Shown: positions 61,124 through 64,000 of the stretch, piece by piece
Layout: every line of letters begins with the position of its first letter
Position numbering within the stretch: position 1 is the first letter of the stretch
DNA from: Candidatus Zixiibacteriota bacterium
Lineage (GTDB): Bacteria > Zixibacteria > MSB-5A5 > UBA10806
DNA length: 64,000 bases
Assembly (NCBI GenBank): GCA_020344055.1
Contig: CP070813.1
Coordinates: 230,358 to 294,357, forward strand
Reading direction: 5' to 3'
Translations under genes and position numbers: made by a program
The notes under the pieces: model-generated
The model's database searches: none
What the model saw: the letters and a program-made list of their open reading frames with translations, nothing else
Told to the model about the DNA's origin: nothing

Positions 61124-62122
61124 TTACTTCAGCAGCGTCATCCGCCTGGTATAAGAACCCTCCGCCGTCTCCAAACGGTAGAAATAGATGCCGCTGGGAT
61201 GACCTGATCCATCCCAGGTTATTTCATGATGGCCCGTTGACATCGGCGCCGAAATCGGGTGGTCAATTTCACGCCCCAGCAGATCATAGATTATAAGCTT
61301 GATAGGCGAATCATTTAGAAGTTCGAATTCGATTACGGTTGAGGCGTTGAACGGATTGGGATAATTCGATAGATAAATATCGGGCAATTCGGGGATTTCA
61401 ACTTCGTTCATGCCCGTAGTCACAACGTGAATTATCCCATCTACCAGAACCGGCGGAATAAAATAGGTAGGTATCGAATAATTGCCGAATCCGGAGGGAT
61501 AATACCAGCCTCCAATTAGATCTAAATCAATATCTGTTCCGGGTAAAACGTCCGGGGATACTGCCATAATAATTTGCCCGACCGGATTATGACCGGGCGA
61601 TACCGGGTCTAAACTAGCAAGTTGAAAACTGATTACTCCGTCTTCGTATTCATAATAGTTTTCGGTGGAAAAGAATTGGCCATATTCGATATTCAAGAAC
61701 TCGACCTGCAGATCATTGAATGCAAAATGGAGGTTTATGCCCGTTAACATCTCGGGGGTAATAGCATAAAACGGTATGCCTACAGTATCTCCGGGAGAAG
61801 CGTATACTTCTTGAATGATAAGAGTATCGAGTTCATTGGGTAGAGGAGGGTTGTTGCCGATAGTCAAATAAAAGAACAAAATATTCCACCAATCGGCTAC
61901 GGTGTGAAATAAACTGTCGCCGTTCATATCGCCCCCTAACCATGAACAACTCGACGTATCAATCCAGCTTGACTGATAAGCCCCTCCCAAATACCATGAC
62001 AAGTATATAATATCCAGACCGTTAAAGGTCCCGTCACAGGTCATATCCCCCGGAACCTGGGCATATGAATATAACGGCAATAAAGCCATAATAACCAGCG
62101 AGATCATAATTGATTTAGCCAT
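61124..62122 (-). CDS. Secreted protein with N-terminal dockerin-like motifs and T9SS type-A C-terminal domain
   Basis: Signal peptide; GDMTCDGTFNGLDIIYL and GGDMNGDS Ca-binding dockerin-like motifs; C-terminus NYPNPFNAST...GIYFYRLETAEGSYTRRMTLLK. Confidence 0.6.
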   Translation of the reverse strand: MAKSIMISLVIMALLPLYSYAQVPGDMTCDGTFNGLDIIYLSWYLGGAYQSSWIDTSSCSWLGGDMNGDSLFHTVADWWNILFFYLTIGNNPPLPNELDTLIIQEVYASPGDTVGIPFYAITPEMLTGINLHFAFNDLQVEFLNIEYGQFFSTENYYEYEDGVISFQLASLDPVSPGHNPVGQIIMAVSPDVLPGTDIDLDLIGGWYYPSGFGNYSIPTYFIPPVLVDGIIHVVTTGMNEVEIPELPDIYLSNYPNPFNASTVIEFELLNDSPIKLIIYDLLGREIDHPISAPMSTGHHEITWDGSGHPSGIYFYRLETAEGSYTRRMTLLK

Positions 62123-62273
62123 ATCTTCCCCCGGAATATCGGTTTTCCTTTTGATGTAAAATAGATTATGTAATCCCCGTTGTCAATAAAAATCGTGTTC
62201 CATTGAGGCGTCAGGAATCCTTTCCTGACGCTTTAAACCGGAAGGAAGGGATTCCTTCCGGCGCAGAAACCTA

Positions 62274-63734
62274 TCACTTCAACAGCGTCATCCGCCTGGT
62301 GTATGAGCCCTCCGCCGTCTCCAGGCGGTAGAAATAGATGCCGCTGGGATAATTGTCAGCGTTCCACGTAATAAAATGATCCCCGGCTTCTTTGAATTCG
62401 CTGAGCGGGATATCTACAACGCGCCCGAGAAGATCGTAGATAACTATTTTAACATCGCCGGCTTGCGGAATACTGAAGGATATATTAGTGGAGGCGTTGA
62501 AAGGATTGGGGTAATTATCCAAGAAGAGAAAATTGTCGGGAGCGGAACTTGAGACCTCATCAATGCCGGTGGCGCCGACGTTTTCCCACCAGGTGATTCT
62601 ATTGCCGAATTGAGCCGCCCCGAGCACATCGGTATCGCCGTCGAGGTCGAAGTCTTTGGCATCGATGCCGGTGGCGCCGTCAAAATTGTCTGAAATCGTA
62701 TGTTCCAACCAATCCAAGGGATCGCCGGTATTCTCCCACCAGGCTATTTTATCGCTATTTATGGCCGCCCCCAGTATGTCTACATCCCCATCATTGTCAA
62801 AATCCGCCGTGCGAACGGAGTGCGGTCTGCTGAACCCGTATGCGATCGTATACTGATCGAATCCCTGAGATCCGTTATTCTCGAACAATAGAACCTGGTT
62901 GATTACGCAGACCGTTGCCAGTATATCGATATCACCATCCGAATCGACATCATCGGGATAGGCACAGCTGGGGCGTGCCGTGGTGGACAGAATAATGTGT
63001 TTCGTAAAATTCTGGTTGCCGTCGTTCTCGAACCACGCGATCTCCCCGGCCTGGCTGGCCGTTCCGATCAAATCCACGTCCAGATCGGAATCGAGATCGG
63101 CCGCCGCCACGCTGTTGGCGTTATCCCAATTGTCTATAACAATATGGTCAGTGAAAACCAGGTTACCCTCATTTTCAATCCAGCCCATCCTGTTGATGCC
63201 GCCTTCGCAGCAGCATACGAGCACGTCCGGATCGAGATCGGAATCGACGTCCGCCACGGTGAGGAAGCTGGCGTACGGCCAACTGCCGATGATATGCCGC
63301 GTGAAGCTCTGCGAACCCTGGTTCTCCCATAGCTCGACCCCGTTGGTCTGGGAGGCGCACAGTATGTCGATATCATCATCGTTATCCATATCGACCGCGT
63401 AAACCGCCATAGCGTAATACGAACTATCGGAGATATTATGCTGTTGAAAATTCAAATTATCAAGGTTCTCCCACCAGGTTACGCAGTGCCCGAGGCGGCC
63501 CGAGGCGACTACATCGGTATCGCTGTCGTCGTCCATATCTATGCCGAAAACGCTCCAGGGATTATTGTAATATTGCGCAACGGGGTGTTCGACAAATCCG
63601 ATCTGGGTAAAACCTGTAGCTGCAAAAGCAAGCGACAGGACCAATCCTGCCATAAAATAATATAAATACGCGATCATAAATATCCTCCCCGTTCTGTTTT
63701 TTAGGCGATAATTTCGGCATCCAGTGCTAACCAC
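62274..63734 (-). CDS. FG-GAP/VCBS-repeat beta-propeller protein with T9SS type-A C-terminal domain
   Basis: Repeated D.D.DGD.D Ca-binding loops followed by W.EN (FG-GAP-like blades); C-terminus identical in its last 17 aa to that of 61124..62122. Confidence 0.65.
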   Translation of the reverse strand: MVSTGCRNYRLKNRTGRIFMIAYLYYFMAGLVLSLAFAATGFTQIGFVEHPVAQYYNNPWSVFGIDMDDDSDTDVVASGRLGHCVTWWENLDNLNFQQHNISDSSYYAMAVYAVDMDNDDDIDILCASQTNGVELWENQGSQSFTRHIIGSWPYASFLTVADVDSDLDPDVLVCCCEGGINRMGWIENEGNLVFTDHIVIDNWDNANSVAAADLDSDLDVDLIGTASQAGEIAWFENDGNQNFTKHIILSTTARPSCAYPDDVDSDGDIDILATVCVINQVLLFENNGSQGFDQYTIAYGFSRPHSVRTADFDNDGDVDILGAAINSDKIAWWENTGDPLDWLEHTISDNFDGATGIDAKDFDLDGDTDVLGAAQFGNRITWWENVGATGIDEVSSSAPDNFLFLDNYPNPFNASTNISFSIPQAGDVKIVIYDLLGRVVDIPLSEFKEAGDHFITWNADNYPSGIYFYRLETAEGSYTRRMTLLK

Positions 63735-63852
63735 ACATCAACTATATATACAATTTTATCTACGAAATATTCCCACAAAGGTTATAATTATAAAAACGTA
63801 GGAGCGAGATTACCTCGCCCCTACGGAAGTTTAATATCTTCAATTAATTATC

Positions 63853-64000
63853 ATTTCAACAGCGTCATCCGCCTGGTGTAAGAGTCATCCGCCGTCTCCA
63901 GGCGATAGAAATAGATGCCGCTGGTGTAATTATCACCGTTCCAGGTAACAGAATGATTGCCAGCTTCTTTGAATTCATTCAGCGGAACATCCACTACGCG
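63853..64000 (-). CDS. 3' end (partial, runs off window) of a third T9SS type-A CTD cargo gene
   Basis: DNA from 63853 is about 85-90% identical to the 3' ends of the two preceding genes (TCATTTCAACAGCGTCATCCGCCTGGTGTAAGAG...); encodes ...RRMTLLK-type CTD. Confidence 0.55.

Noticed and set aside
1-64000. CRISPR arrays, insertion sequences, integrases, rRNA
   Set aside because: No direct-repeat/spacer periodicity, no transposase- or integrase-like ORFs and no rRNA-like conserved stretches were seen; the only repeats are the terminator palindromes, the intergenic cassette copies and the CTD-coding 3' ends.

Overview
The window is about 64 kb of a T9SS-bearing FCB-group bacterium, most likely Calditrichota-like (inferred from the metallopterin-dependent ergothioneine synthase (MES) gene, so far described from Caldithrix abyssi, together with multiple T9SS type-A C-terminal-domain cargo proteins). 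About 55 protein-coding genes are supportable, densely packed. No rRNA, tRNA, CRISPR array, transposase or integrase was recognised. Main blocks: (i) a translationally coupled operon on the minus strand, MobA/MocA-like - XdhC - YqeB-like - MoaB - MoaA - MoaC - MOSC (3801..8477), with a separate hisC; (ii) housekeeping genes glnS, acs, kbl, thiL, prfA, prmC, rpmE, tldD/pmbA; (iii) an operon of an OpuC-type ABC transporter, an EgtD-like histidine N-alpha-methyltransferase and a 1135-aa fusion of a Mo/W-bisPGD oxidoreductase module with a NifS-like cysteine desulfurase module (23517..30332); this is the anaerobic MES ergothioneine route, here linked to a transporter; (iv) three tandem paralogous signal-peptide proteins (33100..36799), each preceded by its own copy of a conserved terminator-plus-leader cassette; (v) a cobalamin riboswitch driving a BtuB-like TonB receptor and a T9SS-secreted YVTN beta-propeller, a candidate BtuG analogue (57301..61020); (vi) a gliding-type ABC transporter (GldA-like ATPase, a GldF/GldG fusion, DUF4340); (vii) several T9SS cargo proteins (LVIVD, FG-GAP, beta-helix, dockerin-like) whose CTD-coding 3' ends are nearly identical at the DNA level. 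Also present: a frameshifted SRPBCC gene, an orphan short flagellin, a standalone MshEN-domain protein and two strongly AT-rich genes (LVIVD and WG-repeat). All calls rest on reading the supplied translations and DNA by eye; no database search was run.
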